Assembly: GCF_000142905.1 (NCBI RefSeq)
Contig: NW_013657668.1
Span: 172,492 to 236,491, forward strand
Direction of reading: 5' to 3'
DNA from: Thecamonas trahens ATCC 50062
Lineage: Eukaryota; Protista; Apusomonadida
Length of the DNA: 64,000 nucleotides
Below, piece by piece: positions 63,715-64,000 of the stretch. The notes beneath the pieces were generated by a model that ran no database searches, was not told the DNA's origin, and was given only the letters and a program-made list of their open reading frames with translations. Position 1 is the first letter of the stretch, and every line of letters starts with the position of its first letter. Made by a program: the position numbers and the translations under genes.

Positions 63715-64000
63715 TCATTTGCATCCGAGGAGAGCAACAATGTTGGCGTGACCGTTGGCGGCAGCTGCCTCTCGGGCGGCGCCATCGTTGATGTCAGCGT
63801 CGAGACCGGCTGTCAGGATGTCGGCGACCAGGTCGGCGTGGCCGTGTTCAGCGGCCCATCGGAGCGTGTATCCGTCGTGGAAGCTGAGGTCGACCTTGGG
63901 ATGGTGGAGAAGGAGGCGGACAATGTCGGCCGATCGATGCATGGTGGTCCAGTCGAACCAGGAGGTCGGCATCGGGTCGACAGCTTCGATGGCCAGCAGC
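63715..64000 (-). CDS. Ankyrin-repeat protein, 3' end; continues beyond the window
   Basis: DIVRLLL...TLRWAAEHGHADLVADIL...AAAANGHANIVALL. Confidence 0.85.
   Translation of the reverse strand, partial: LLAIEAVDPMPTSWFDWTTMHRSADIVRLLLHHPKVDLSFHDGYTLRWAAEHGHADLVADILTAGLDADINDGAAREAAAANGHANIVALLGCK

Noticed and set aside
1-64000. Pseudogene calls for the frame-broken genes; tRNA, rRNA or transposase genes
   Set aside because: The broken genes keep their conserved motifs and have no scattered stops, so error or recoding is likelier than decay. No tRNA, rRNA or transposase signature was recognised.

Overview
Gene-dense, intron-poor, GC-rich nuclear DNA from a unicellular eukaryote. It is probably a flagellated protist, since it has RFX, CEP95, PTPDC1 and FAM166-like genes. 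The style suggests an apusomonad such as Thecamonas, but that is only a guess. About 24 protein-coding genes are supported: SHQ1, a secreted-looking GT41 OGT-like TPR protein, a CASTOR-like ACT protein, an MRH-domain protein, a GMC oxidoreductase, a DEG/ENaC-like channel, insulysin, PTPDC1, ORC6, an ApbE-flavin reductase fusion, a FAM166-like protein, a giant receptor-type RasGAP, a NIPA-like transporter, two long coiled-coil proteins, paladin, a USP, GH99, an hSac2-domain protein, RFX, an SDR, CEP95, a heme peroxidase, an ankyrin protein and one unknown. There are four clear GT-AG introns, two assembly gaps and several mini/microsatellites. Three things stand out. (1) A ~2,780-aa single-pass receptor with C-type lectin, Ig-like, PSI and IPT domains and a cytoplasmic RasGAP, i.e. 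plexin-like but without a recognisable Sema domain. (2) A 1.76-kb non-coding gap between convergent genes (other convergent gaps are at most ~110 bp) packed with helices whose G-U wobbles point to a + strand RNA, plus an Sm-type site: a candidate unannotated long structured RNA. (3) Twelve reading-frame breaks in seven genes, all needing the same -1 correction; most likely base under-calls, but worth testing. All domain calls are by eye from motifs; no database searches were run.
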